Source of the DNA: Promethearchaeota archaeon
GTDB taxonomy: Archaea > Asgardarchaeota > Lokiarchaeia > Sigyniarchaeales > SOKP01
Reading direction: 5' to 3'
DNA: 27,808 nucleotides
Assembly (NCBI GenBank): GCA_016839765.1
Contig: JAEOTP010000026.1
Coordinates: forward strand, 1 to 27,808
Both the position numbers and the translations under genes were made by a program. Of this stretch, positions 27,525 to 27,808 are shown piece after piece (position 1 is the first letter of the stretch; each line of letters opens with the position of its first letter). The notes under the pieces were generated by a model, which worked only from the letters and a program-made list of their open reading frames with translations, ran no database searches and had not been told where the DNA came from.

Positions 27525-27808
27525 TTGGGTAAATTTTGGAAAAAATTTGATGAAGAGTTGCTAGGATCACCCGAGGAAACTATGGGTTTTTCAAGAGATT
27601 TACCTTCATTAAGACAGAGTTTCTTAATTAAGAAATATGATTTTTCATCATTAGAACAAATTGAAGATATAAAAAAAGAATTGTTAGGACGCAGAATTCT
27701 TATTATTAATGTAAAAACACTTCTTCAAAAAGTAGACGTTACAAAACTTAAACGAGGAATTGAAGATATAAAATCATTTTTAAGAGAGAATGGTGGTTCT
27801 ATGGCACG
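27525..27808 (+). CDS. sepF: Archaeal-type SepF cell-division protein (3' end runs off window)
   Basis: Not in ORF track. TTG start 8 nt after GGAAGTGA; MGKFWKKFDEELLG...FLIKKYDFSSLEQIEDIKKELLGRRILIINVKTLLQKVDVTKLKRGIEDIKSFLRENGGSMA matches the archaeal SepF core pattern. Confidence 0.75.
   Translation, partial: MGKFWKKFDEELLGSPEETMGFSRDLPSLRQSFLIKKYDFSSLEQIEDIKKELLGRRILIINVKTLLQKVDVTKLKRGIEDIKSFLRENGGSMA

Noticed and set aside
1-27808. CRISPR arrays, rRNA genes, IS elements
   Set aside because: No regularly spaced repeats, rRNA-like GC-rich tracts or transposase motifs seen

Overview
AT-rich archaeal chromosomal segment, most consistent with an Asgard archaeon (Lokiarchaeia/Promethearchaeota-like). 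The taxonomy is inferred from the archaeal proteasome beta subunit, geranylgeranyl reductase, archaeal-type SepF, a bulge-helix-bulge (BHB) intron tRNA and a stand-alone longin/uDENN-like protein. The window holds about 28 CDSs (two truncated by the window ends) and one tRNA-Leu(UAA) with a non-canonical D-arm intron. I see no CRISPR array, integrase or transposase. Highlights: (1) a four-gene DUF35 / Ltp4-like / Ltp3-like / DUF35 operon resembling the actinobacterial branched-sterol side-chain aldolase locus, with both thiolase-fold proteins lacking the nucleophilic Cys; (2) a two-TM, heavily glycosylatable surface protein built from ~135-aa 'QWAN' repeats; (3) a helix-hairpin-helix (DUF4332-like) plus intact transglutaminase-like fusion; (4) candidate eukaryote-like modules (cytosolic IFT52-like GIFT domain, longin/uDENN, long coiled coil with winged helix); (5) an aminotransferase-serA-DUF1015 serine module. 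All family assignments come from motif recognition by eye; no searches were run.
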